From assembly GCA_964469335.1 (NCBI GenBank), contig CAYXYK010000004.1, forward strand, positions 101,362 to 165,361: a stretch of 64,000 nt of DNA, in the 5' to 3' direction. A model generated the notes under the pieces. That model searched no databases, was not told the origin of the DNA, and saw only the letters and a program-made list of their open reading frames with translations. Both the position numbers and the translations under genes were made by a program. Shown here piece by piece: positions 7,664-18,600 of this stretch; the first letter of the stretch is position 1; every line of letters begins with the position of its first letter. The stretch comes from an uncultured Candidatus Saccharibacteria bacterium (GTDB lineage: Bacteria; Patescibacteriota; Minisyncoccia; Phycocordibacterales; UBA6899).

Positions 7664-9613
7664 ATGCAACGCTTCATCAAGATCTTTTCAGTCATCATCA
7701 TGCTGTTTAGTGGGGTTCCGTTCACTGCATCAGCTGATGTGACTCCGGTGCCTATACATCTCACGATAGTAACGAATGACGCAACACTGTTCGATTCAGA
7801 CATTACGGTGGGCGAGTGTCTCGACACAGAGACGGGTACCTCGACCAGCGTGAATGCGTTCTGTGCGATCGAAGCGGTCGTAAGCTCTTCCGGTTGGACC
7901 CTCGCGACCACCTGGTACTCATTCGGTCGCTCGCTCGATGGGATAAATTCCTACACCGCCGATTTCGCGAACAACCGCTATTGGATCTACTACGTCAGCG
8001 GCGCACCCGGCATGATGTCACTCAACGCCGAGAAGCTTACGCCGGGCGAGCATCTCACGCTCGCATACGGTATCAACCCGCTTCGCATCGTCGTCGCATC
8101 CTCAAGCCCCGAGGTTGGAACATCGACCCTACTTACCGGACAGTACTTTGATCCGATCCTATTCGACTGGACGCTCGCGACCGGCACCACCTTCACCATA
8201 AATGATGAGGCGACTTCTTCGGATGCATCGGGCACACTCATGTTCATTCCGTCCACCACCACTCCCTACACCATCACGCTCACTCGTGACGGATACATTC
8301 CGAGCCCCGAAATCTCCATCACTCCATACATCGCAGATATCGCATCATCGAGCGCGGAGAGCTCAGAGCCCGAGTCGACTCCTCCATCGGTACAGGGAGG
8401 CAGTGCAACTCCCGAAGCCACTCATACCATCGACATCGAAAAGGCGGTCGCATTCCTCCGCACTGCACAGTCACCGGACGGCTCGTTCGGAGCTGCCCTC
8501 TATACCGATTGGGTCGCGATCGGGCTTTCTGGCGTTTCAGGCGCCGACGATATTCGCGCCAAGCTCGCGGCACAGCAAAAGAGTAGCACCGATCCCGGCA
8601 CACTCCCGACCGACGTCGAGCGACGCGCAATGGCACTCCTCGCTCTCGGTATTGATCCTTCCTCGGGCACATCGCGCGACTACATCAAAGAGCTCCTCAC
8701 TCACTTCGACGGATCACAGTGGGGGAGCGCGAGCGAGGTGAACGATGACATCTTCGCGCTCATCCCGCTCACCCACGTCGGCTACGGCGCGAGTGACGAG
8801 CTGGTCCAAAAGACGGTCACCTATATCGTTGCCGCACAATCCTCGTCCGGCTCATGGGGCAGTATCGACCTCACTGCTGCGGGGATGATGGCGCTTTCTC
8901 CCTACACCGCACTTCCGGGTGCCTCGGATGCGATTGTAAAAGCGAAAGCGTATCTCCATAGTGCGCAGGGTGAAGGTGGCGGCTTCGGTTCGAGTTTCGC
9001 CACCAGCTGGGTACTGCAGTCGCTTACTGGTGAAGACATTGCGATGAACTGGACGAAGAACGGAAAAAATCCGCAGGATTACCTCTGGCTCTTGCAGCAG
9101 ACGGACGGCGGCATCGAATCCACATCGCTCGATCAGTCTGCTCGCGTCTGGGCGACCGCATACGCCATCCCTGCGTCGGCCGGAAAGGATTGGCATACGC
9201 TGCTTGCTGCATTTCCGCGTTCGCACACTATCCCACTGTCATCATTCGGGAGTGCTGTCGGAGGGGATTCCGGAGAGGTCCTCGGTACGACAACACTCAT
9301 GACCGCAACAACTTCCGCACCGCTCGCGACATCAACGAGTGTGGTCGTGGTGCTGCAAGGTGCGACGAGCACACTTCTCGTCGCGACCGGCACTCCCGAT
9401 AAGGCAACTTCGACCCCTGTCGTGAAGAAACCGGTCATAGTGAAAAAGGTGACTCCAAAGAAAACCGGCACCACTTCTCCTCTGCGACTCGCGAGTTCAA
9501 CTGTGGCAACAACAAGCGTTATTGCCGTGCCGCCCGCTCGCAGCTCCTGGACCTCGGTCGTCACTAAACCGTTCATTCGCCTGTACCAAGAAGTCTCCTC
9601 GTGGTTTCATTGA
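7664..9613 (+). CDS. secreted DUF4430-like + prenyltransferase/squalene-oxidase-repeat (alpha-alpha toroid) protein
   Basis: The protein has a signal peptide and an NNRYWIYYVSGAPG block. Four or five repeats of the G..S(F/W)G ... W pattern (QSPDGSFG, QSSSGSWGS, QGEGGGFGS, QQTDGG) are typical of terpenoid-cyclase/prenyltransferase-like repeats. The C-terminus is Ser/Thr-rich. Confidence 0.6.
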   Translation: MQRFIKIFSVIIMLFSGVPFTASADVTPVPIHLTIVTNDATLFDSDITVGECLDTETGTSTSVNAFCAIEAVVSSSGWTLATTWYSFGRSLDGINSYTADFANNRYWIYYVSGAPGMMSLNAEKLTPGEHLTLAYGINPLRIVVASSSPEVGTSTLLTGQYFDPILFDWTLATGTTFTINDEATSSDASGTLMFIPSTTTPYTITLTRDGYIPSPEISITPYIADIASSSAESSEPESTPPSVQGGSATPEATHTIDIEKAVAFLRTAQSPDGSFGAALYTDWVAIGLSGVSGADDIRAKLAAQQKSSTDPGTLPTDVERRAMALLALGIDPSSGTSRDYIKELLTHFDGSQWGSASEVNDDIFALIPLTHVGYGASDELVQKTVTYIVAAQSSSGSWGSIDLTAAGMMALSPYTALPGASDAIVKAKAYLHSAQGEGGGFGSSFATSWVLQSLTGEDIAMNWTKNGKNPQDYLWLLQQTDGGIESTSLDQSARVWATAYAIPASAGKDWHTLLAAFPRSHTIPLSSFGSAVGGDSGEVLGTTTLMTATTSAPLATSTSVVVVLQGATSTLLVATGTPDKATSTPVVKKPVIVKKVTPKKTGTTSPLRLASSTVATTSVIAVPPARSSWTSVVTKPFIRLYQEVSSWFH

Positions 9614-9616
9614 TGG

Positions 9617-9853
9617 ATGGAATATCGGATAAAGGTGGTCACCAGCTCGAAAAAAGAATCCGTCACGCTGCTCCCTGACGGCCGCTATGAAGTGCGGGTG
9701 AATGCTCCGCGCAAAGAGGGGCGGGCAAATGAACGCACCTGTGAGCTGCTCGCGATGTATTTCTCTGTTTCGCCCGACGCGGTCAGTGTGATAAAAGGCC
9801 ATGCTCAGCCGGGAAAACTCATCCGGGTGAGCGATGGCAACCAAAAGTTCTGA
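9617..9853 (+). CDS. DUF167 (YggU-like) family protein
   Basis: The 78-aa protein matches the DUF167 pattern (V.V.A.P..GRAN ... L ... V ... V ... G ... K). Confidence 0.55.
   Translation: MEYRIKVVTSSKKESVTLLPDGRYEVRVNAPRKEGRANERTCELLAMYFSVSPDAVSVIKGHAQPGKLIRVSDGNQKF
9848..9853 (+). promoter_or_regulatory. -10 element TATAAT(AGA) upstream of the SIMPL gene
   Basis: The sequence gcgTATAATagataa lies 37 nt upstream of the ATG at 9890. Confidence 0.4.
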
Positions 9854-9889
9854 GGCGTATAATAGATAAATAACAACTAACTCACCACT

Positions 9890-10645
9890 ATGGAAAACAT
9901 GAAGATCGATTCGAAGGACGTTCAGCGCGGAGTCATCACCGCGGCACTGCTCGTTGGGGTCTGCCTCATCGGCGCGACGTGGATAGGAACCGCTGCATGG
10001 AAGACCGTCCGTGGGTATGACAACGCACTCTCGGTTACCGGTTCAACTAAAGAGCGCGTCACATCGGACCAGGTCAAGTGGACGATGGAAGTCACTCGGC
10101 ATTCCCTCGGTGCCGAAGGCCTCAAGGATGCGAACAAGGCGATCAAAGCAGACCTCATCTCCATCAACACATGGCTCACCGGACTTGGTATCGACGCGAA
10201 AAGTATCACCGTCACACCCGTCTACACCATGGAGAACTACGACTACAACAAGTCCTCTTCCGCTCCTCGTGACTATACACTCCGCTCGACGGTCACCGTC
10301 GCGTCATCGGATGTCGAGAAGCTCACTCAGCTCGCGAAGAACACCGACACCCTCGTGAATCAGGGGGTTTTCGTCAACACCGTCTCGCTTGAATATTATT
10401 TCAGCAAACTCGCTGACCTCCGTGTTTCACTCCTCGGCGCAGCGATCAAGGATGCACGCGCTCGTGCGGAAGAGATTGCAAAAGCGGATGGTAAGTCCGT
10501 CGGTGTGCTCAAGTCAGCGTCATCAGGTGTGGTACAAGTACTACCGGTCAATTCTGTTGATGTGTCCGACTACGGTTCTTATGACACACAGAACATCGAA
10601 AAAGAGGTCTCGGTCACTGTTCGTGCCTCGTTCGTGCTCAATTGA
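9890..10645 (+). CDS. SIMPL-domain (DUF541, YggE-like) membrane-anchored protein
   Basis: An N-terminal TM is followed by a two-lobed ~220-aa domain whose conserved pattern resembles the SIMPL family. Confidence 0.55.
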   Translation: MENMKIDSKDVQRGVITAALLVGVCLIGATWIGTAAWKTVRGYDNALSVTGSTKERVTSDQVKWTMEVTRHSLGAEGLKDANKAIKADLISINTWLTGLGIDAKSITVTPVYTMENYDYNKSSSAPRDYTLRSTVTVASSDVEKLTQLAKNTDTLVNQGVFVNTVSLEYYFSKLADLRVSLLGAAIKDARARAEEIAKADGKSVGVLKSASSGVVQVLPVNSVDVSDYGSYDTQNIEKEVSVTVRASFVLN

Positions 10646-10746
10646 GAACTGCGCACATCGTAGCGTCGTTTGCAGCAGTGCGCGATGGGTGGTATAAAAA
10701 CACTCTGTTCTTTTGTTCACACCGATCCCAAAAAAGGAAAATACAC

Positions 10747-10926
10747 ATGTCCAGACGCGCAGTGCTCCGTGCCGACCGCAACCAGATCCTGCTCGATCGC
10801 TTCCATTCTGGAGGAGAAGGCGCAGATGACGAGGCGGAGTTACACCGCCATGACAGCCACGCCCAAACGGGCGAGGAAAGTGACCAGGAGCCCCATATTT
10901 CGGGCCCCGACGAAACGGCGAAATAG
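10747..10926 (+). CDS. small acidic hypothetical protein (uncertain)
   Basis: The 59-aa ORF has AAAGGAAA 9 nt upstream and a stem-loop (GCGCAcccagggggtTGCGC) with a T-run ~40 nt downstream. This is weak evidence. Confidence 0.2.
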   Translation: MSRRAVLRADRNQILLDRFHSGGEGADDEAELHRHDSHAQTGEESDQEPHISGPDETAK

Positions 10927-11104
10927 CCGTCAACCGCTTGTTTTTTCACAATTTGGCAAAGCGCACCCAGGGGGTTGCGCTTTTCTCATATTCCTGTATG
11001 ATTTTTGTATTCGTGTGTTTTCTCGTAAGTGGCATGAGCCTGTCTCAAAAGCGCGTTCTCGAGAAGGTCGTACGCGAAGTATTTAGTATCTAGTATCAAT
11101 CACA

Positions 11105-11422
11105 ATGGCTCAAAAGCTATACGTTGGTGGACTCCCTTACTCGACAACCGATCAGGAACTCGCAGATGCATTCGCAGCTGCAGGAACTGTCGTTTCGTCG
11201 TCTATCGTCATCGATCGCATGACCAATCGCTCACGCGGTTTCGGTTTCGTCGAGATGAACACAGAGGAGGAAGCTAATGCAGCGATCGACATGTGGCATG
11301 GTAAGGAGTTCGGTGGGCGTACGCTCACAGTGAACGTCGCTCGTCCGAAGGAGGAGCGTCCTGCTGGTGATCGTGGCCCTCGCCGCGATTTCGGCCCTCG
11401 CCGTGAATACGGTTCTCGCTAA
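11105..11422 (+). CDS. RNA-binding protein with a single RRM domain and Gly/Arg-rich tail
   Basis: The protein has RNP-2 (KLYVGGL) and RNP-1 (RGFGFVEM) motifs and an RGG/RD-rich C-terminus. Confidence 0.85.
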   Translation: MAQKLYVGGLPYSTTDQELADAFAAAGTVVSSSIVIDRMTNRSRGFGFVEMNTEEEANAAIDMWHGKEFGGRTLTVNVARPKEERPAGDRGPRRDFGPRREYGSR

Positions 11423-11435
11423 GAGACGCGCTCAT

Positions 11436-11468
11436 GAAAAACACCACCTGCAAAGGTGGTGTTTTTCA
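11436..11468 (+). terminator. Rho-independent terminator
   Basis: The sequence is aaaaACACCACCtgcaaaGGTGGTGTttttc. Confidence 0.7.
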
Positions 11469-11515
11469 TTCCTGAGGTGGATAACGCATCTCAGTTGATT
11501 TGTTATACTGTTCCC

Positions 11516-12127
11516 ATGACAAAAGAAGAGCGAAAGCCATACATCATCGCTGTCATCGCCGCTGTGCTCATTGCAGGTTCTGCCGCGGTGTACAAATACG
11601 CGTTCGAAGAGAACGTATTCCTTCCGACTGAGCTTCCCGAGGTCGGTAAGGTCGGTTCAGATCATGCGCACGCAAGCCTTCTGATCATGGTTGGTGATCG
11701 TATTCTCAATTTCTGCAGCCCTGACTACATGCTGAAGAGTCAGTTCGTTCATTTCGAGGACGGCAATTGCACTGTGGTCCATCGCCATGCACGTGGGGTG
11801 ACCATCCCGACCTTCCTGAAGACCATCGGCATCGGACTCACCGAGGATTGTCTTACTATCCCCGGTGACCAAAAGACTTACTGCGGCAACGGCAAAGACA
11901 AACTCCGCGCTGTCGTCAACGGCACGGAGATGCCTATCGCGCAGCTGCCATACTATGTCTTCCGTAACAACGATCACATCCTCATTGACTACGGTGCTGA
12001 GTCGGGCGATATGCTGCGCTTCAAATACAATCAAGTCCCGCAGATTCCGCTCGATGTGAACGAGCCCAATGCTGACAATATGTTCGGCAAAGTACTCGAC
12101 GAGAAGCAGCTCGAGAACGTCAAATAG
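11516..12127 (+). CDS. hypothetical membrane-anchored protein (one N-terminal TM, Cys/His-containing extracytoplasmic domain)
   Basis: The ORF starts at the in-frame ATG (MTKEERKPY) because the upstream extension overlaps the terminator. I recognise no family. Confidence 0.45.
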   Translation: MTKEERKPYIIAVIAAVLIAGSAAVYKYAFEENVFLPTELPEVGKVGSDHAHASLLIMVGDRILNFCSPDYMLKSQFVHFEDGNCTVVHRHARGVTIPTFLKTIGIGLTEDCLTIPGDQKTYCGNGKDKLRAVVNGTEMPIAQLPYYVFRNNDHILIDYGAESGDMLRFKYNQVPQIPLDVNEPNADNMFGKVLDEKQLENVK

Positions 12128-12128
12128 C

Positions 12129-12665
12129 ATGGACACCTCATTCGAAGATGAGATTGTCTATGACCAAGACTACACCAAAATAATCTTGCGCCACTACCGC
12201 GACCGCAGTGGTATGGAGAAAGTGTGGGGCATGGTCCACATGAATGGTCTCGGCAAGGGCGCACTCGTCCTGGCATGCACCGAGCAGGGAGAGCTCATCC
12301 TTGAGCGCTCCTATCGCATCCCACTGAAGCGTATGGTGATCGAACTACCTGGCGGATTGAACGATATGAAGGGCGAGACACCACTCGACGTCGCAACGCG
12401 CGAGCTCCTGGAGGAGACCGGCTATGCCGCTGATGACTATCAGGAAGCAGCACTGTTCGCTGAAGCTCCTGGTGTGACCGATCAAGAGAGCCTTCTCTAC
12501 ATCGCAAAGAATGCAAGAAGAGTCACCGAGCCCATGCTTGGTGCGTCGGAAGAGATCGAGGTCCTCCTAGTACCACATGGGGATGTGTGGGAGTTTCTCA
12601 AAAAGACGGATGCCATCGTCGACGCGAAAGTCTACGCCGCCTTGTCATTCCTAGGTAAGGTTTAA
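12129..12665 (+). CDS. NUDIX hydrolase
   Basis: The protein has the Nudix box GG.N...E.P.D.A.RELLEETGY (ELPGGLNDMKGETPLDVATRELLEETGY). Confidence 0.8.
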   Translation: MDTSFEDEIVYDQDYTKIILRHYRDRSGMEKVWGMVHMNGLGKGALVLACTEQGELILERSYRIPLKRMVIELPGGLNDMKGETPLDVATRELLEETGYAADDYQEAALFAEAPGVTDQESLLYIAKNARRVTEPMLGASEEIEVLLVPHGDVWEFLKKTDAIVDAKVYAALSFLGKV

Positions 12666-13249
12666 TTCACGAGCGTTGCGAGCTCTTGCTTGAGATCAGC
12701 GAGCGCTTGGGTCATCAACACGCGCTTCGCGACCAGCTCATTGTAGCTGCTGTTGCTCTCGTCGAGTTTGTCGGTGTAGGGTTTTGCGCACGTGTCGGTC
12801 CAGTTACCACAGTTCTGATCAAAGGCGGTGACGAGTGCGACCGACGCGTTCTTCACTCGTTCGATCTCTTGGTTGAGTCGGTCAATGGCGATGGTGCGGT
12901 CATTGATCTCAAGCGTGAGCTCTGATCGCGTTTGTTTCGCGGCTCGCGCTGCTCCAGCTTCTCGTGTGATCTCCTGTGAGAGTTGCGTTGCGGCATTTTG
13001 ATTCACTTCCGGCTCGACCACAGTATTTTCAGGTGTCGGGGGAGTGGTCGTTGTAGTGTTCACATCTGAGAGCGCGATTGCTCCGGCGAGTGATTTCGGA
13101 TCGACTTCTGGGGCGCGCAGCTTTCCGCTCTGATAGAGGATGGCAGCACTTCCGAGTGTGACTCCGAGTGCGAACACCGCGAAGAGCGCGACGACTTTCT
13201 CCGCTCTGTTTTCTGAAACACGCCTGATCGTGACATGAGTGATTTGCAT
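12662..13249 (-). CDS. hypothetical membrane-anchored coiled-coil protein
   Basis: An N-terminal TM is followed by a Thr/Pro-rich linker and a coiled-coil-like C-terminus. The start is the Met at 13249 (MQITHV). Its stop overlaps the NUDIX stop (TTAA). Confidence 0.45.
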   Translation of the reverse strand: MQITHVTIRRVSENRAEKVVALFAVFALGVTLGSAAILYQSGKLRAPEVDPKSLAGAIALSDVNTTTTTPPTPENTVVEPEVNQNAATQLSQEITREAGAARAAKQTRSELTLEINDRTIAIDRLNQEIERVKNASVALVTAFDQNCGNWTDTCAKPYTDKLDESNSSYNELVAKRVLMTQALADLKQELATLVN

Positions 13250-13358
13250 GGATGCATAGTACAACAAATTGTTGTTATTGGCAATAGCAATCATCCATAG
13301 ATATACAAAAAGTTAGTAATGGATTTATATAGTTATTTTAGTGTTAATTTTCTGGGGA

Positions 13359-13373
13359 TTATCCTGTGGATAA
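13359..13373. promoter_or_regulatory. palindromic pair of DnaA-box-like motifs TTATCCtgtGGATAA
   Basis: TGTGGATAA is the exact reverse complement of the TTATCCACA DnaA box, and it overlaps an inverted TTATCCTGT. It lies in an AT-rich intergenic region ~120 nt upstream of the operon starting at 13492. Confidence 0.3.
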
Positions 13374-13491
13374 TTGACAGGACATTCTGTTGATTGTCTG
13401 GGGATAACTTTCAATATTTCCTTATTTTCCAAGATAAAATTGGAATATCGACCCTCGAGATTCCCACAGTCTCGAGCTTCGTGGCGTTCCC

Positions 13492-13950
13492 ATGACCATT
13501 GATGAAAAGAAGTTAGAAGGGTACATCACACTCAAAGAGGCGAGTGAGCTGTTCGGCTATTCGCCCGACTACATCGGACAGCTGATCAGAAAGGGAAAGA
13601 TCGAGGGCAAGCAGGTCTATGCCAATGTCGCGTGGATGACCACGAAGAATTCACTCGACGAGTATCTTTCGCGTGAGCGCGGCGTCGCACAGTCTACCGA
13701 AAGAGCTCCATTCTTCGAACGTACGATGCGCGTCCTCCTCCGTGACGAAACGGTCCGTATCACAAAATGGATGCTGACTGCACTCATTCCTGTACTCGTC
13801 ATCCTTGCGATGCTCGAGTTCTATTTCATCTCCATTTCGATCGACCGCAAACTCACGCTGGATGCACAGCACCGACTCGAAAGAGAGATGCTCGTCGCAG
13901 GTGTTAGCGTTGCGGATACTAACGCGGAATATTTCAGCTATGAGAAATAA
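13492..13950 (+). CDS. membrane-anchored HTH (excisionase/MerR-like HTH_17) DNA-binding protein
   Basis: An N-terminal HTH (ITLKEASELFGYSPDYIGQLIRKGKIEGKQV) is followed by one TM (LTALIPVLVILAMLEFYFI). Confidence 0.55.
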   Translation: MTIDEKKLEGYITLKEASELFGYSPDYIGQLIRKGKIEGKQVYANVAWMTTKNSLDEYLSRERGVAQSTERAPFFERTMRVLLRDETVRITKWMLTALIPVLVILAMLEFYFISISIDRKLTLDAQHRLEREMLVAGVSVADTNAEYFSYEK

Positions 13951-15610
13951 CGACGCACAACACATTGTCCGCCTTGCTCGTTCGGAGCCCGAGCGCACCG
14001 TACTTTCAGCCGTGCATATTGCTCGTGTTTCCGAGCAAAACGAAACACACGAAGTATTCTCGAGCTTCGCGCTTTCGCGCGGTATACTCGGCAAATTCGT
14101 CACAGTCCTGCTGCTTCCGATGATCTTCATCTACCCGCTCGCGCCAGCGTATGCCGCCGACGAATCAACCGCTGCTTCCTCCACGCCGGAGCAAGTTCCT
14201 ACTGAGATCGCCGAGACTCCTCCCGTGACCGACTCACTCAGCTCGGATCTTGGCAGTGCACTCTCGGGTGCCGCTGCAGCGGTCGCTGATCTCTTCGTCG
14301 GAGGTGAGACATCCTCGACATCGGAAGAGATGGCGACTACCACTCCAGACACCCTCCCCGCCACCGATGACACTGCAACAACGTCAGAAGGCATGACTTT
14401 GCTTGACGACACTGCGTCCTCGACCGACAGCGGCTCTCTTGCAACGAGTACACCTTCGGATTCTGATGCGTCGACCACTCCGGCAATCCCGAGTGGAAGC
14501 AGTTCGAGCGATGAGTTCGCTTCAAGTACTTCCTCAGCATCCTCGACCGATGACATCCTCGACACTGCATCCTCCACCGAAGAATCAGTCACCCCGTCGA
14601 AGAGCGCACAGGAGATTGCGGCCGAGATGCTGCGCGAGAAAGAGGATTCGATGCGCGCGTCGATCAGAAAAGAAGTCGAAGATGAATTCACAAAAGGTTG
14701 TGTTTCGCTCGACACAACCGGCTATTACTGTCTCAAAGACAGACCGAACAGCGGAGAGAGTCTCACGCCGTCGAATGTCATCACAGATGTCACATCCCGG
14801 CCGGATGCATCGGGAGAGTGGAAGCAGATCTTCATTACGCGCGGAGGGATAGAGGAGCAACTGACACACTTCAGCTGGGACAATGCATTTCCAGCGACCG
14901 ATGTCTCCGGCAAGTCCGTCGTTTGGCAGGGGAACGTGAATGGTCGTTGGCAGATATTCTATGCGACCATCAGCGCGAGTGGAACTCCCTCGATAATGGA
15001 GGTCACACATTCGAACGAGAGTAATTTCAACCCTAAGGTCGACGGCGACGACGTTGTCTGGCAGGGATGGGTCGACGGCAACTGGGAGATATTCCTTGCA
15101 GAGCATCTCACTCCCGAAAACTATCTTGCTTCGACCACTTTACCGATCGAGAACAAACTGCTTGCCATTGATAACAGCTGGAAGGTCACCCGTGTCACGA
15201 CGAATTCGGGGCACGATATGTTCCCGTCTGTCGCTGGCGGGCTCACGACTTGGCAGTCATTCCAGGACAATGCATGGAATGTCTATGTCTACAGCATGAA
15301 GACCGGCACCACACAGAAGATCTCAAAAAGTGGCGAGAAGAGCGAGCAGCCGCGCTTCGCCATTACTTGGGATGAGCGGACCACCGAAGGGAACACCCGC
15401 ATGGTCGGCTACGACATTGCAAGCGGCAAGACCATCGACCTCACCGAAGAGGCACGCCGGGTCAATGATGATAAACCGTATACACCGACCGCTCCGATTA
15501 CCCAGCCGGACCAGGCCGCATTACCGATCAGTGGCTCCGGCACCAGCACTTCTGCAAAGAGTGAGGGGGACGCGAACGGCACCAGTACTCCTAACGGTTT
15601 GGATATATGA
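13940..15610 (+). CDS. membrane-anchored protein with acidic Ser/Thr/Asp-rich linker and C-terminal TolB-like beta-propeller repeats
   Basis: The start is the in-frame ATG (MRNNDAQ) overlapping the upstream stop by 11 nt. The protein has a TM (LLLPMIFIYPLAPAYA) and at least four repeats of D(G)..VVWQG.V.G.W.IF. Confidence 0.55.
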   Translation: MRNNDAQHIVRLARSEPERTVLSAVHIARVSEQNETHEVFSSFALSRGILGKFVTVLLLPMIFIYPLAPAYAADESTAASSTPEQVPTEIAETPPVTDSLSSDLGSALSGAAAAVADLFVGGETSSTSEEMATTTPDTLPATDDTATTSEGMTLLDDTASSTDSGSLATSTPSDSDASTTPAIPSGSSSSDEFASSTSSASSTDDILDTASSTEESVTPSKSAQEIAAEMLREKEDSMRASIRKEVEDEFTKGCVSLDTTGYYCLKDRPNSGESLTPSNVITDVTSRPDASGEWKQIFITRGGIEEQLTHFSWDNAFPATDVSGKSVVWQGNVNGRWQIFYATISASGTPSIMEVTHSNESNFNPKVDGDDVVWQGWVDGNWEIFLAEHLTPENYLASTTLPIENKLLAIDNSWKVTRVTTNSGHDMFPSVAGGLTTWQSFQDNAWNVYVYSMKTGTTQKISKSGEKSEQPRFAITWDERTTEGNTRMVGYDIASGKTIDLTEEARRVNDDKPYTPTAPITQPDQAALPISGSGTSTSAKSEGDANGTSTPNGLDI

Positions 15611-18600
15611 CGCGAATGAGTTTCAAGATCCTTAGGTTGATCGGAAAAAAAGTGGGAGTCGGCATGATCATGCTCTCGACCGTGTTCTACAGCTTCGGTG
15701 GGCTTGATCTCTATCTCGGGCTCACTACTCCGTTCGCCCCCAAGAAAGCAGACGCCGCATACACTGGCAAGCAGCTTCGTACCATAGAATACATTCTTGG
15801 AAATGGTAGCGAGAACACCGCGCGTGCCGCAGGGGTGCTTTCATATTTTGGCTCGGCAAATGCAACGACCAAAGCTGGTGCCGGACAAGAAGTCGTCATC
15901 ATCGAAGGCTCGGGCATCAGGGTCGTAAATGCGTATCTTGATGTTGCGTTCCAGATCACTGCATCGGCGAATCTCACAGGACTCGATCTGTTCTTTGATG
16001 CCTCGAGTTCAGCAATCACCGGTACCGACGTCCGCATCGATGAAGTCACCGCGAACACACCGTACATCGGATCAGGGTTGTCCGGCTATTTTCGTGGTAC
16101 ACATGAGGTTACCGCGTTCTTCGCAACAACGAGTGATGCGAATTGGAACGCAGGAGTCGGCGTTGTCGCCGCCGCGTCGACCACATTTTCCGCTGCCGCA
16201 AGCCGTGCGCTCACCACCATTAAACTTGTCATCACCTATGAAGAGGATGTATCCGCCGGTGCACACAGCGAAGTGAAGACCGTGCGCTTTCCGCTCGACT
16301 CGAACAATGGAACCGATACCGGCACCAGGCAAGCCGCATGTGGCGCCGGAACGACGTGCGGTTTCACCTACACGGCGGACATCCCTGACGCACTCGCCGA
16401 TGCCGACATCCTCGACGTTTATTTCGAGATCCACGGCATGGTCGACTCCGGTACGGCTTCGACACTGCAGCCGCAGATTTCAGGTGGGACGGCAGGACCC
16501 GCATATGCCTGGACCGAAGCGCGCGCCGATAACACCTCCGTGAACGTTACTTTTCGTCCGACAGTCGGAGCTCCGAATTTCACCCGCAACACCCCACAGA
16601 CGCTCAATATAGTGAATGGTACGGTCGCACTCGGTGCGCTCGGCGGAGAACTGGTCGTGACATACCGCTACTCGACCGGAGCGTCCGCTCAGACCGAGAC
16701 GGTGCGCTACTTTGTCGATCAGGATACGACCAACCCCGGCACTGCAACTTCGACGTTCGCGACAAGTACTGCGGCGATCGCGAATTCAGGTCGGTCGGTG
16801 AAGAGCATCTGGTATCGCGTACAGATCGCCCCGATCGCCGCAGCGAACATCAATATCGGCAGCGAAGTCGGGACTGCGACCAAGCGTTTCAAAACCTATG
16901 CGATCACCGGTACGAATCCGCGCTCGGGAGATTCGCCGACCATCATCCATGACCTGAGCGCGGATATCGGCAATTTCTGGAACACCTCCGTTGGACTCGG
17001 AGGGGAAACTCGTGCATCGGTCTCGAATGCCCCCGTAGGACTCGAAGCATATGTCACGTTCACCTGGGACGGCAACACCGCCTCGGATGTGACCAAGAGT
17101 GTCTCATTCAGCGGTGCACAGCAGGGTGTTTCCGCCGTGGCACAGCAATGGAACAACACCTCGGTGTTCATCGAGCTTCCCGAGACGGTCACGAAGACCT
17201 ATCGCAGTGCATATCTTTTGACCAACTACGATCATTCCAATGCCGGCACCATTACGGTGGGCACGGTCACCATCGGTGTGAACGGCTCGACGACCGCGAT
17301 CACCGAGAATGGTGATACTGAATCGTTCAACACGAGATACTATACGAAGATCGCCTCGACCACATTCTCGAATGGTGACCCGATCCTTTGGACTTCTCGC
17401 GCGATCGAGATCAATCAGCAGAAGAGTGTTGCCAACAGCGCCTATTTCGCGAATGAGGTGATCGTCACTTATGACGCTGCACTCGGCGGCAATGACATCA
17501 CGGTGACTCCGAAGCAGCTCCGTACTGTCGAATATGAGCTCGGCGGGGAGTCCGACAATGCGCAGCGTGCAAGCGGAGTGCGCTCGTATGTCGGCGCCGC
17601 ATGGTCGGCGAGCAAGGTTGGAGCGGGGACACGCTCGATCGTACTTAACGGCAGTAATATCAGGGTCGTCAACGCATATCTCGAATTCGGCTTCATTATC
17701 GCTTCCTCCTCTAACCTCACCGGCCTCGATGTCTACCTCGATGCAGGCGGTTCGTCGTCTGCGGGCACTGATGTCCCAGTCGCTGAGGCGGTCGGAGTAT
17801 CCATCCGTTCAACGACCGGACTCACCGGTTATGTCCGCGGCAATCATGATGTCACCGCGCTCTTCGATCGCCAAAGTGATGCACAGTGGTCATCCGGAGT
17901 CGCCGTCGTCGCATCAGCTTCGACCACACTCGCACTCGGCAATCGCACGCTCTCGACGATGCGCCTCATCATCACCTATGAGTCCGACTATTCGCTCGTT
18001 GCACACACCGAGACCAAGACCGTGCGTTTCCCGCTCGACTCGACCGCCGGTACCGACACCGGTACCAAGCAGACCGCATGTGCGATCTCAGCGGTCTGCG
18101 GATTCAGCTATACCGCGAACATCCCCGATGCGGCCGCGGACGCTGACATCCTCGATGTCTATTTCGATATGCATGCGGAAGTGAACTCCGCCGCCGCAGG
18201 ATCGTTCGATTTCCAGATCACCTCGATGCCGACCCCGAGTCAGGCATATGCCTGGGTTGAGACGAATACCGATGACAACACCGTCAATGTCATCTATCGC
18301 CCGGCGGTCAGTGGAACCGCATTCCAGCGCAACACCGCGCAGACGCTCAATATCAATAATGGACCGGTCGCCTTGAATGCGCTCGGCGGAGAACTGGTCG
18401 TGACATACCGCTACTCGACCGGCTCGACGGCGCAGACCGAGACGGTGCGCTATTTCGAGGATCAGCGTACGACCGCCCCGGGTACGACCCGTAACAATTT
18501 CGCCACCATCACCCCGACCATCTCGAACGGTTCGCTTTCGGTGAAGAACATCTGGTACAAGGTGCATGTCGCCCCTGTTGCCGCGACCAATATGACCATC

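Noticed and set aside
10670-11086. 138-aa plus-strand ORF
   Set aside because: It overlaps the better-supported small ORF and the terminator-like hairpin. Its sequence is low-complexity, and it reads through the promoter region of the RRM gene.
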